Assembly: GCF_006345805.1 (NCBI RefSeq)
Contig: NC_043002.1
Location: forward strand, 117,800,001-117,864,000
DNA from: Octopus sinensis
Taxonomy: Eukaryota
Length of the DNA stretch: 64,000 bases
Direction of reading: 5' to 3'
Shown here: in pieces, positions 1 to 40,535 of the stretch
Numbering within the stretch: the first letter of the stretch is position 1
How the letters are laid out: each line of letters opens with the position of its first letter
The notes under the pieces: generated by a model
Database searches by the model: none
Told to the model about the DNA's origin: nothing
The model's input: only the letters and a program-made list of their open reading frames with translations
Position numbers and translations under genes: made by a program

Positions 1-2077
1 TTGTGTCTAGGTCTGATTGCAGGAAAGAGTTGTAGACATCAGGATCAGTCCTCTTGATTTCAAGGTACAGCTTGATGTCGTCTGCATATTTCAATACTGT
101 GGCATTCTTTAAATTGGCATCTATGTCATTAATGTATGCCACAAACAGGAGGGGACCAAGGACAGATCCCTGTGGTACACCCGATGACATCTCATATGGT
201 GTAGAGTGCTGTCCTAGAACTGTGACTACCTCCTTTCGGCTGAGGATGAAGGATTTCAACCAGTTAAAAAGGTCATCCCCCACACCCATTGCAGAGAGTT
301 TCACCATAAGCCTTTTGTGTGGCACAGAGTTGAAAGCCTTAGCAAAGTCAAGGTAGACAACATCCACCCATGAGCCACTGTCAGTGATCTGAGTAATGTC
401 CTCAAGGAACTCGACAAGCTGGTCACTGCAGCTGGAGTTAGGGACAAATCCATATTGTGAGGGTCGGATGAGACTGTGAGAGCTCCAGAAGTTCCAGAGT
501 GTTTCTCTGACACACGATTCCATCAGTTTTGCAATACAGCTAGTGAGACTGACTGGGCGATAGTTGACAGGTGATGTGCGGTCACCCTTTTTGAACAGAG
601 GAATGACACTGGCAGTTTTCCACTGCTCCGGAGTAGCACCATTGTTGAGACAGTACTGGAAGAAAATAGAAAGCTGGTGTAAAAGGAAGTGCCTGCCACG
701 TTTGAGAAGCAGGTATGTAACTCCATCGAGACCAGGGGAGGCATAGTTGCGCTTATTTTGAAGGTGACGTCGCAGCATTGCAGGTGTAAATTCCATAGTT
801 GTTATGGAGTTTGCTGTTAGTGATGGTGAAGATGGTACATTTTGACTTTCAACAGTGAATATGTTTGCATAGCACTCGGCAATGAGTTCTGCGCATTCCT
901 TGGGGTCGTCAGTGATCTGGTTTGTGTGAGGGTTGCGAAGAGGGCCCACTGGAGAGTGAGGTCTCTGCTTTGAATGCACATATTTCCAGAAAACCTTGCT
1001 GTCAGGATTGGCTGCTATGCACTGTTCAAATTCAAGCACTGCATTTTTTGTCACTTGCTTGAGATGGTTGGAGGATTTATTCCGCTTCTTCCTGTTGGTG
1101 TCTGATTTATGCAACTTGTATTCCTGTTCAGCAGTCCGACGTTCCTTCCTGGCAAGTCGGACCGCTGAAGTTTCCCAAATTGCCCTTTTGAGGCGGTTCT
1201 TCTTTTTTTGTTTACGTGGCACTGATGCTGCACATGCTGCCCATATTGAGTCCAGGATACTCTGGAGTATAGTATTCACATCTCCAGAGTTGTAGAATTC
1301 ACGCCAGTTTGGGTGCTGTAGTTCAGTGTGGTACAGGTTCCAATCTGCTCTTTTCCAATCGAAGGAAGCAGATTGGAGATGGTTCAGGTGTTTGTTGCCC
1401 ACAAGAGCCAGATTGGCGATGATCATAGCATGATCAGAGTCACCTAGAGGTTCCTCCGTAGTGCAATTGATAACCGCTTCAGGAGTTGTGGTGAAGAGCA
1501 GGTCCAAGGTGTTGTCGCCTCTTGTTGGAGAGGTGACTACTTGTGACCAGTTTGAGTCCAGCACAAGCTCAACAAAATCGTTTGCACTCTGTGGCCAATG
1601 GAAGGTTTCCCAATCGATCTCAGGATGATTGAAATCACCTGCAATAAACACATAAGTGGCTGTTTTCCTGGCAGCAGCTCGGAGGATGTTGCAAAGCTGT
1701 GTGTCCTGATGGTAATTTGGGGGATGATAAACAACGCCAAGCAGGAGTGTTGACATGGTCATACGTACGTCACAGAAAAAAACTTCTTGTGATTCGTTCA
1801 AATCGGCACAAGGAATTACCAAAAAATTTGAACAAACGTAGACCATCACACCACTACCACGGCGGTTAGTGCGGTCCTTACAGAAGAGGTTGTACCCCGT
1901 AATGTTCAAAACCCCATCACAGAGTAAGGAATGCGCCCATGTTTCCGTGACAGTGATGAAGTCAGGGTCAATACTTCTGACGTAGGCGTTGAACAAATGT
2001 ATTTTGTTGCATAAACTGCGAGCATTTAAGGACAACAATTTGTACCCTGCTCGCAGACCATTATGCAGACCATAGTA
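1..2077 (-). mobile_element. CR1-group non-LTR retrotransposon (LINE) ORF2: APE endonuclease plus reverse transcriptase, open frame continuing past the window start
   Basis: Manual minus-strand translation from 2077 to 2 has no stop. Endonuclease motifs: LLSLNARS, VTETW, IAGDFNHP, TLDLL, GDSDH. RT motifs: PLFKKGD, NYRPVSLTS, YLDFAKAF, GVPQGSVLGPLLF, KYADDIKL. It is absent from the ORF track because it has no stop inside the window. Confidence 0.92.
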
Positions 2078-2889
2078 TTAGTCTGGAGCATATAAGTAGG
2101 TATTGTCCAAAAGTCCTGGGCAAAGGGTGCTACCACTGGCACCATAACCTCATCAATGTCGTTGTCGCTGCCATTGCCATCATTTTCATCATCATCATCA
2201 TCGTTATCATTGTTGTTGTCGTCGTCATCATCATCATCATCACTATTTAATGTCTGTTCCTCATGCTGTCATGGGTTAGATGGTCCAACAGGTTCCAACA
2301 AGTCAAAAGACCATATCATACTCTAATCTGTTTTGGTGTGTTTTTTGTTTGGAATGCCTTCCCCTTTACAGAATGTATTGGGTGCTTTTTGTCGTGGAAC
2401 CACTACTGGTGAAAGTCTAAAGGGCCTGAATGGGGTTTCCATAACTGAAGTAGGATAGGAGGAAGAGACAGTGTGGGGATTTTAGGGAAAGTGATGTGAG
2501 AGGAGTAGATTTGTTGTTGTTAGGTGGTAGTGGAGATAATAACAGAATAGTCACAACTGGGGAAGGGAACAGGGAAGGGAACAGGGAAAAGGGATAGGAG
2601 AAAGGGAGAGATGGGGTTGTGAGGGTGATGAACTGGATTGTGCAGAGGAATTACATTAGAAGGATGAGTATGTGTGAAAAATGCGATGGGGAGAAAATAG
2701 AATATGGCGGTGAGGTTTGGCAGAGAGTCATCGAAAGAGAAGTATGGGGGAGGAGTATGGAGAGTAGCCGAGAAAGATGGGAAGGTATTGAGATGGTGGA
2801 GAAGCAACATTGGGGAGGACTGTGACAGGAAAAAAGTAGAGATGGAGTGATGGATAGTAGTGAGTGAGTGAGCAATGCAAGTGAGAGAG

Positions 2890-3228
2890 ATGAGAAAGAT
2901 TAAACCTGGTACTCCCTCTGTTATGATGACAAGGGTTCCAGTTGATCAGATCAATGGGGCAGCCTACTTGTGAAATTAACAAGTGCAAGTGGTTGAATAC
3001 TCCACAGACACGCGTACCCTGAACATAGTTCTCAGGGAGATTCCATGTGACACAGAATATGACAAGGCTGGCCCTTTGAAATACAAGTACTATTTGTTTT
3101 TGCCAGCTGAGTGGACTGGAGCAACATGAAATGAAGTGTCTTGCTCAAAGAAACAATGTACCTCCAGGAATTAAACTCACAACCTTATGATTGTGAGCCA
3201 AATACCCCTAACCACTAAGCCACCCACC
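2890..3228 (-). mobile_element. tRNA-derived SINE
   Basis: The minus strand begins GGTGGCTTAGTGGTTAGGG...GTGAGTTTAATTCC (A/B-box-like), followed by a CTTTGAGCAAGACAC core. A related fragment lies at ~20830-20990. Confidence 0.55.
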
Positions 3229-4567
3229 TTATATTGTGTTTGAGAAATAAACTTCTTACACACAGCCATGCTTGCACCTATGTAGGCCACAAAATTAATG
3301 AAGGAGTCATGCAAGTCCGTGTATTACTCACTATCCTATTTAACTTATACTTTAGGGAAGCAGACAACATTCTGTAAATGTCAATACGTGGTAAGATCAT
3401 AGAAAACCTTAGATATGCAACCAATACTATCTTAACTTTCAACATTGATGAAATATGGAACCTTGTATTGCAAAGTAAATGACAAAGAAATGCTCACAGA
3501 AATGCACATTTCTACACATACGAACATTTACACACACACACAAACACAAATACACCCTCACGGATACATATAGAAATACACATACATTTCTGCAACAAAT
3601 ATGTTATGTGTATATGAGTGTTTGTGTGTGTGTGTACAGAGAGATGGATGTTTGGGTATGTGCTCGTGCATATATGCTCTGCTCTGCTATATGGAAATGA
3701 AACATGGACATTAACAAAAGTTTTATCAAAAATATTGATTACAACTTTGAGATGTTGGTATACAGAACATTTTTGAGGATATCCAGGACAAAACACAAAA
3801 TCAATTATGATGTAGCTATAATTTAAAGAAAAAAAATTCTTTAATAGACACCATGAAAGAGAGAAAAGTAAAATATTTTGGACGCTTATTAAAATATTGC
3901 GAATGTATAAGGACATACTTAAATCTATAAGATAGTTAAAGAGTGAGATTATTCAAGCTCCCTAGAGAAGACAAAACCAGGTGAAAATGACTTATTTGGA
4001 AACGCAATTTGTTACAAAATTTAATTTTTCCTTTTTTGCTTCAGGTTTTATGGAAATCAAGGTAGGTTGTCTCCCTTCCACCACAGCGCTTTGATGTCTC
4101 GGAGTACTTTGTGGTTAGATTTTAATTACTTTTTATTTTGGTGGGAGATCTAAGTGAATTTTTAAATGACAACGAAACCGGTCGGTTCAGTCACTAATTC
4201 AAGCAACCGAAAAATGCCCTTGTGAGAGCCTAATTTTACGACATGATTAATACTTGTATTTATTCATAAGCCACGCTCTACTGGTTCTTTACTAAAGCAT
4301 AGAGGTATACATGTACTTCTAATTAGACATCAAATACAAGCACTTTGGTGTGTACGTTTCAAAATATATCATTTTGTTGAATAGTCATAGCATCACTTTT
4401 TCTTAGAATTGAGAATTATAGAAAATTGTTTTATATACAAGAAGAGTCTGTTATGTTTATATTTTCTTCGAAGATTTATTTTTATTGAGAGTTATATAGT
4501 TTCACCAGTTTTGTTCTGACTTCGAGAAAAAGGGTGTGTTAACTTATACACATATAACTGTATCGTT

Positions 4568-32276
<27,709 letters not shown>

Positions 32277-32284
32277 AATATCAC

Positions 32285-32290
32285 AATAAA
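32285..32290 (+). promoter_or_regulatory. Candidate proximal polyadenylation signal (AATAAA) of MVK
   Basis: First AATAAA, 8 nt after the stop codon. Usage is unproven in this AT-rich context. Confidence 0.35.
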
Positions 32291-33749
32291 AATCAGATAT
32301 GGTTTATTTTACTGACATTTATATCTTATTTCCATAGAAACACAATTATTTTAATATGGATCATTAAAAAAATATAATTTCTGAGTTAAACAGTAATATA
32401 AATACACATCATTTTTGATGAAAGGCCAGGCTAACCATAATTCAGAAGACCTAGGCTCAAAGATGTCCTGACCAGGGTCATCTAATCTCCCACTACAAAT
32501 GCATTTGGAATCACGTGATTCCATGGGTTCTTACCAAGGAGAAAGGCAATTTCATCACTCCAGCATATATTTTTAATCAACCCCAGCAGGATGAAAGACC
32601 AAAATGAATTTATTTGATGTGATACTCTCCTAATTTTGCTATCTTGTCATGATTTATGTCCAGACTCACAAGAAACATCACCAAATATGTGGCTGCTTTT
32701 AGATTTTTCTTTTAATGATTTTTTAGTTTACAATAGATGTTATTCCTTGTTTATTCCATTAGGAATTATATAGTTGCTTCTACTGATCAAATTTTAAAAG
32801 CTCATATCATCAAAAATCATTATTTGAAAAACATTCAACAAAACACTTCAACTGAAATATATTTGTTTTACATTAAGGTGGATTCTATAGTAACAAGCTA
32901 AGTTCTCTGGAAGCAGACTATATAAACTTAATATTTAATTCTCAGATAAATGAAGTTATTTCACCTCTATTGCTGTTAGCCTGATTCCTCATTAAGGAAT
33001 AATGAAGATAATTATCCTTGTGTGGATACTTCTGATAAGATCATAAATAAATGAAATAGCTTTAAATAATATAGAAATACATAATCCCATTGTTAATAGA
33101 TGGAATTATCTAACAACTTTTGATGCTCACAAGACATAGCAATGCTCAACTTTTCTGGAGTAGGTCTAATTAAAACAAATTACCTGAAAAAATAGCAAAT
33201 CTTATCCCACTGAAACTATTTACAATTAGAATAATTGTTGTTATTGGCATTGTGAGGGTTAAGAAAGGGAAGAAATAATATGGTACCAGACACTTGAATT
33301 TTAAAGGAAAAAAGGGATGGCAATGTTTTTAATATTTCATTTTAATTATACAAAGTAATACGGTTTGATGTTCATTAATCCTTCTGCTAATTTGGAAATA
33401 ATTTCTAGTTATTGTTTTGGTGATGTAGCACAGGATTTTGGCATTTTTTATCTTTTATCTTTTCTTTGCATTTGTTATAACCTGCTCACATGGTTCTGAT
33501 ATGTAAAGGAAACACTTCTAACAGTGTTATGTAGAAACACCATACATTCTCCTTAATAGATAAAAACCGAACTTCACAAAATCTTCAGTTTTTTTCAGAT
33601 CTTCAACTTCTGAGAAGCATGTGTGAATTATACAAAATCGCTATGTACAACATACAGAAATAAGAAAAAATTGCTCCAGTTCTTTGCTAATAGTGAATCA
33701 AAGAAAAAGATGAGCATAAGGAAAATGTTTTGAGAACAAGTAGAGAATG

Positions 33750-34890
33750 CTAATAATAATGAAATTATTGTATACAGTGCTCAGGTGCACCACAACTTGT
33801 CAAAAGTGCATATAAAGCATATGCAGTAATGTACAAATGTCTGGGAAGTGAACAGTGTATGAGTCAGATACATGCTTGCGTGTGTATGGAGGGGAGAAAA
33901 TCAGGTGTAGTGTTGGCAAATCTCAGGAAGTATGGACGTTTTGAAGGATGCAGTGCTCCGACAACAAACAACTGATGCCGGTAGTTTGTTCCATGCTTCA
34001 GCAACTCTTAGCGGGAAAAAATGTTTCCAAAAGTCATGGAAGGAGCTGTGCTGTTTTCTGACTTTGTAAACATGTCCACGGGTGTTAGACAGGTGGAGTT
34101 TGGAAAGGTGCTCAGAGTTATTGTTAGTAAGATGGTTAATAATTTTATGGGTGTCTGCCAAGTCAGCTGCCAGACGTCAGAGTTTCAATGTATCCATGCC
34201 CAGGGAGGTAAGGCGTTCAGAATATGGCAAATACCTGATGGAGGGTATTCTCTTGGTTGCACGTCACTGAATGGTTTCCAGACGATTAATATCCTGGGCA
34301 AGATAGGTGTTCCAGACCGGTGATGCAAATTCCAGGTGAGGTCGCACCATAGCTATATAAAGCCGGAGAGCAGCTCACAAAGGACTTGGTGAGTGATGCC
34401 AAGACACCCTCAGCCTTCTTGGCAATTTTAGCGATGTGTTTTGTCCAACGCAAATCGCTGTCGACAATAACACCCAGGTCACGTTCACATGAAGACTTTT
34501 TGAGACTAGTGTTGTGGAGGGAGTAAGTAGACGCTGGGTTTCTCCTCCCAAAATGCACTTGTCCACAGCCAGCTTGAGTTGCCACTCCATGATCCACTGC
34601 TGCATTGTGTCCAGGTCTGATTGCAATAAAGATCTATAGTGTACAGGATCTGTCCTCTTTATTTTGAGGTACAGCTTGATGTCATCTGCATATTTCAGTA
34701 CTGTGGCTTTCTTTAAGTTGGCATCTATGTCATTAACATATGCAACAAATAAAAGGGGGCCAAGAACAGATCCCTGTGGTACACCAGATGTCATCTCATA
34801 GGGTGAAGAGTGCTGTCCTAGAACTGTGACAACTTCTTTTTGGCTGATAATGAAGGACTTCAACTAGTTATAGAGATCATCTCTAACATG
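33750..34890 (-). mobile_element. 5'-truncated CR1-group LINE (RT C-terminal half, 3' UTR, (ATT)n tail)
   Basis: GVPQGSVLGPLLF, KYADDIKL, ERDLGVIVD and RVAEAWNKLP, frameshifted. Overlaps copy 1 sequence at high similarity. Confidence 0.9.
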
Positions 34891-37800
34891 GTTTAAGTTC
34901 TGTGAATGCAGGTTTTGAATGTTCTGGAGACCGAGTGAAAGAACAAACTAAAACTTTTTATGAAGAAGCAGAATGTCAGGTAAAAAGCATCTTGGTATCT
35001 ACTTGCCATTAATTCAATCTCTGGACCACACAAAGGTCTATTACAGTCTCTTAAATCTAAGTATTGCTCCCCAAGAGCAGTTAAGCTTGGTAGACCAGTA
35101 CAGGAGTTTCTTCTGGAATTTAATGTGAAAGATATGGATGAGTGTGTAACCAATTCTTTCAAGTCTGTAGACAAATTTATAACAATAAATTGTGGCCGTG
35201 CTTAATATTTGAATCTGCATCTGAAGACATTACAAATTACTTTACAAAATTCAAGGTTTCAAAGAATTTGCACTACATGAACTATTTCCTAGATGAAGTT
35301 AGAGGTTGTGGAATGGATGAATGAAGATGATACTGTAGCTCATTTTCACCATTATACTCAGAAATTGTGCAGATTGTACCAAGATATAAGAATTAAAAAA
35401 AAAAGTGATGGAAATGAGAAAGTGGTTGCAGAGAGATTTTTGCGACAGATTAATTCAGTTGATAGGTGAAGTGCTAAATGGCCTAAAGCATTAAAGTTTT
35501 ATAACTGCACAAAGCATGAACATGTACAGAGAGGAAAATATCTGAAATAGCTTCGCTTGAAAGATATGATTAAAAAATAATGGTAAATCCTGCAACAGAA
35601 GATAAACATTTGAATGTTCAATGCCATCAACTTCTCTCCAATGAGATGTGCTACTACCATCATTATCAATCCTGAAGAAGAGATTGGGACAATTTTAGCC
35701 ACCTTTCAAAATGAAGTTAATGATTCTGACAGACCAACCATTTCTTAATATGTAACTCTACTTTGTTATAAATTTCAGCTTTTCACTTTCAATAATAAAC
35801 AAAATTCAAAATTCCCCATATTTTTGTAAAATTAAGATTTCACTTTTCATTTATTAGTTCCTTTTCCTTTATCAACCAACTGGTAATTATTTACAGAGTA
35901 CTTTTAAGGCAGGATCAGGTTGTTAATTGCATGTACTAATTGAACCACGAGTGGTCTCATACTCGACAAGTCCCAACAATGACTTCTTCTTACAAAAGTC
36001 GTCAGGTGTTATTTAGTCGTTGCGGTTTCGATTTTTCCTGAGGACAATCTTAAACTCTTATACAGGATTGTTCTTTTTTGTAAACTTTCTGAAAATTCTT
36101 TTGGTGGTACCAGAGAGAATGCTGTTCCTTGATTCGTTAACAATTATCCACATTCTTTAATTCTATCTGTTTCTACCTTTACATCCATCACTGCCAACGA
36201 GACAATATTGTTGCTACCTGTTGCCACAACTGCATACCTCTCGCTTCAGGTATTCACATTTTCCTTTATACAATTGAACCAAAAACAACAGCAATATACA
36301 TGCACACCTGCACAGGGAAAGCTTTTGCAATCAATTAACATATAACTCACAAAAATTAACTCCAACTCTCTCTGATGACTCCTACCAATGGCTCGGCTTG
36401 CTCTATGCGACGCTTCTGTCTAGCTATCACGTCCACTATTTATATGTATTGGACTATCATCTGGGGGCATCCACACAGCAATGTTATTAAACAAAAGTGA
36501 CATTTGGATGAAAAAACCATGTTTTATACACAACAATAAACAAAACACAAAAGACATCCAATTGTAAAAATAGGCAGGATTTTATTAGTGGTTTTATATC
36601 TAGATGTCACTAATTTTTAATGCATTTTTTTCCTTTACAACCAACAAGAACAAAGTGAAATTTAAAAATTTTTACCCATTTCTTTGCCATTCCCATATGT
36701 GCTATTTTTCCTTTTCCTTTTTTTTATATTTCTTTATAAGTGAACATTCCAACATGAAGAAAGATGGTTAACTTTGTACAAAACGTGTCACAGAAAGCAA
36801 CAGACAGAATTATGTTCTGAATTTTTTTTTCATTTTATATATATGTATATATATATATATATATAGTGTATGTGTGATTTGGAAGAGAAAATTTAGTGTG
36901 TATCATATGCAGATATGGGAAAAATATGAGTAGGGAAAATGAATATGGTGGTGGGTAATATTTAATTAACAGGGACAGTCTCCAATTAGCTTTGAATTTT
37001 CTTTTTACTATAATTATATAAAAACCAATTTAAACATTTGGTCAGTACCATGATGTGCAGTAGACAAAGCAGTAAATTGTCTATGGAGAGAATATAAAAG
37101 TGAGAAAGAGGAAAACAGTTTATAATGGAAATGAGGTACAATCTTGGCAAATAGTAAAATATATTTTCTGTTTGAGAAGAAAAATAATAAGAAATGTGAT
37201 AAGAGCATTGCACAAATAAATTATTTAAATAGATTAAAAAAAATTAAATCAAACGAAAGAATAAGTTTAATGCATTAAAGGTTTTTAAATTTTGGTGAGG
37301 GTAGAATTGAATGGAAATATACATGGTCTGTGGCAGTTATAAAGACTGCAGAAAATTATAAGATTTATTGTGACAGAAAAAAAAAAAAAAAAAAAGGGAA
37401 TGTTTAGAAACATGTCTAAGAAAAAGGTATTCAGTGTGTCTATTGAATTATTTGAACCATAATTATTATTGCTGTAACTGAGACAAGATATTAGAATGAG
37501 GAGAATATTTCATTGCTGTTCTGGCTATAATTCATTCCTTCATAAAGCATCCTTTATGTTCAGTTTACAAAGGGGAATTTATGAAACTCTGTATATGTGA
37601 ACTATTTTATTGACATAAAAAAACTTATACATTCCAGGGAGAATTCTGAAATTCACCAACTAGTGATTCCACTTTAGAATTGTAATTGAAACTAAGAAAA
37701 ATTGTAAATTTAAAGATTATATATTTATATTAGAGTTTTTTTAGTAGTCAAAACAACCTTTATAACAAATTATAATAATTTTATATACACTGAAGCAAAA

Positions 37801-40449
37801 TGAATTATTGTTTGTAAATGTTATCATGTAAAAGAATTAGATTATTCAATTCATTATCATTGTATGCAAATACAACAGAAAACAGAGCAAATTTTTGTTA
37901 TCTTTTTGTGGGAAGTTATAGATTAGAAATCAAAAATGCTATCCCCTGCACTGCAAGGACAATATTTAACAGCACCTCATTAGCAATGAACAAGTGAGTG
38001 ACATTCCTGCTGCACTGCAATATTGCACCATATTTTATTTATACGTAATTTTACATTGTTTCTCTCTAAACTAAACTAGGCAAAACTTGACAATTGTACA
38101 CTATGAAAGCAGTTGTACAGTAAAGTATCAGTTGATATATAATAAACAGCTATCAACTTATGTCAGTGAAAGTCTTTGTTCCCAGCAGTCAACTTGACTT
38201 TTTCGACAGACTTACCCTATCACTCCAGTTTTCTCTTACAAACACTTTTTGTTTTTAATGATTGTAGTCTTCACATAGTCAATCTTTAAAATTTGTCACC
38301 TGTCTTCAAATAGGTGTCATCGATGTTTTTACCTTGTTAAAACATGTTGCATAGTAGTAAAGTGATGACTTGGAATCTTTGGTTAATATGCAAATTAACT
38401 AAATATTACTTAAGGTCAACACTTTACTCCCAGTGTAAAATAAAACCCTCCTGTTAACAGATATATTGGTGGTGCATATTTTCTGATATCAACAATACTT
38501 TGGAAACAGGAAACAAACTTCCACCTTGTAAAAATATGATAGTTATTTTACTTCTGTTATGATACCAGGTTTACATAAATGCAATCAACTTTATCAAGTG
38601 AACTGAAGCAAATTTAATTGGTCAAGAATATATTATAGTGCCTATACTGGAATATGAATTCACAACTGTCAAAAAACCATTTAATCAATCCGTAATTGTT
38701 TCTCCTTTCATAATTTTTTCCTAATTCTAACACAAATCCTAAGATGAGTTTACAAGTTGGTATGGCTAGATGTTGCTAACAAGATTCATCCATCAGTATG
38801 AAGTTGTTTAAAATGACCAATATACTTGGATGTGATCATGTATATTCCTATCTACTAAACAGATTTTATTACATTATGAATGCTTTACCAGTATTTTCAT
38901 ATTTCCTTTTTCAATTACTCCTGCATGTGTGAGTGTGTGTGGTTGAGCACTTTATTTAATTTGACTTTTTCCATATTTGTTCCTCTCACTCTTCACATTT
39001 AATGAATGAACATATAGCAAATTGTTACACACCTGATTTGGTTCCCTTCAAAAAGTTTCATTTTATTTTTCACAAACATCTTTACTTCCTTTATTATTAT
39101 TTTTTTTATTGCAAGAAATTAAGCCCTGCAATTAATTAGCTAAGTGCTGCTTTCACAGTTCTCTTCTCAGCATATGACAGTATAATCAACTGATTTACAT
39201 CAAAATCCTTACAATATATAATCATAGAATGGTGAACTCTTTCACTGTTTAATCTAAGTGGATTGAACAATAAAAAAAGTTAAAAAGTTAAAACTAAGTT
39301 TATCTTTTAACATGAGAGCATTCTGGTAGAAAAAAAAATCCCCCTAAAACCCCCAAAAAACTTCAAGCTCTAAATTCGATGAAGTGTTCTTCAGGAAAAC
39401 TACTCACCAAAATTGTTTTTGTCACAGCTGAAATTATCTTCAGAATAAAGGTAAGAATATTTTGACTGTGTGTGTGTGTGTGTACGTACGCATGTGTGTG
39501 TAAAACTTTAATTTCATTTCAGGTCAATTAATCACACTACTTATGTGTCAGCTCATAACAAATTAATATAAAATTGAAGGAATATTTGTCACAAACAGTT
39601 GAAACTGATACAGTCTCAGGAATTTACCAATACCAATAGAAAAATCAACATTATATCAATTCAAAGAATTGATAAGAAAATAAATATAAAAACCAATTCA
39701 GATTTTAATGCCAATTAACAAAGTATAAAAATAAAAACTCATTTCTCCCTAAAACTATTTTTATAAGAGCTAAAGTAATAATTTAAATAGAGTAAGAAAT
39801 AGCATTTTGGAAATCCTTCTGTGAGTGCATTTATACTCAAACATTTCTCTTGTGTTCAATAGACAAACCATTATAGCTTTGATAAATGCTGCACATTTAA
39901 GGCCTCATTACATTACTGCTTAGCCTCTTTATTTAACACATAGATTCCCAAAAAGAGAGAGAGGTTGGGGATAGGATCATGAGAAAAGAGACAAAAATAA
40001 AAGAAAAGACTATGACTAATATTCTGAAACTATATTTCTTTATGCTATACCTATTTGTAATAGAAGGATAACTAAGGTATTATTAGTTGACAAACTGAAA
40101 GAATCCATAGTATTTAAGAAGAAAATAAATAGAAAAGCAGTAACTACCATTAGATCATGGTTGAAGTAAACCATCATGTTGTCTGGTTAATTAAAGCTTA
40201 CTTTTAGCCAGTGGTTTTTTTTTTCTTTCTTTTTACTCAATTTGTTTTCCTCTCGACTTGAAATCACTGACACTGTTGTCTCAAATACACTTGATTCAAT
40301 GATCAAGTCGTCCATGAACTGAGTGACACGAGTTGACAGAGGCCATCAAGTCAAGCTCCTATGTCCAATGGTTGTCAGCTATTGACAAAACTCAGCCTGG
40401 CTCATGTAAGATCACCAAAGGGAAGGGAAGCTGATGATTGAGCATTCAA

Positions 40450-40535
40450 TTATGGTGTTCCATTCCTCATTAGAGATTTTGGAGAAACATTTGGTGTGCT
40501 ATTGGCTGAATGAGCTAATCCTCTCCCTCGAACAC
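40450..40535 (-). CDS. INO80: INO80 probable last coding exon ([28 protein letters not shown])
   Basis: Strong acceptor ttctcttttcag|, phase-1 match, TAA at 40452-40450. Confidence 0.7.

Noticed and set aside
2890-3228. tRNA genes
   Set aside because: Only degenerate A/B-box SINE heads are present, with no complete cloverleaf.
4045-4061. 17-nt AG...GT segment as an MVK 5' UTR micro-exon
   Set aside because: The splice-like signals are plausible, but nothing else supports it without transcript data.
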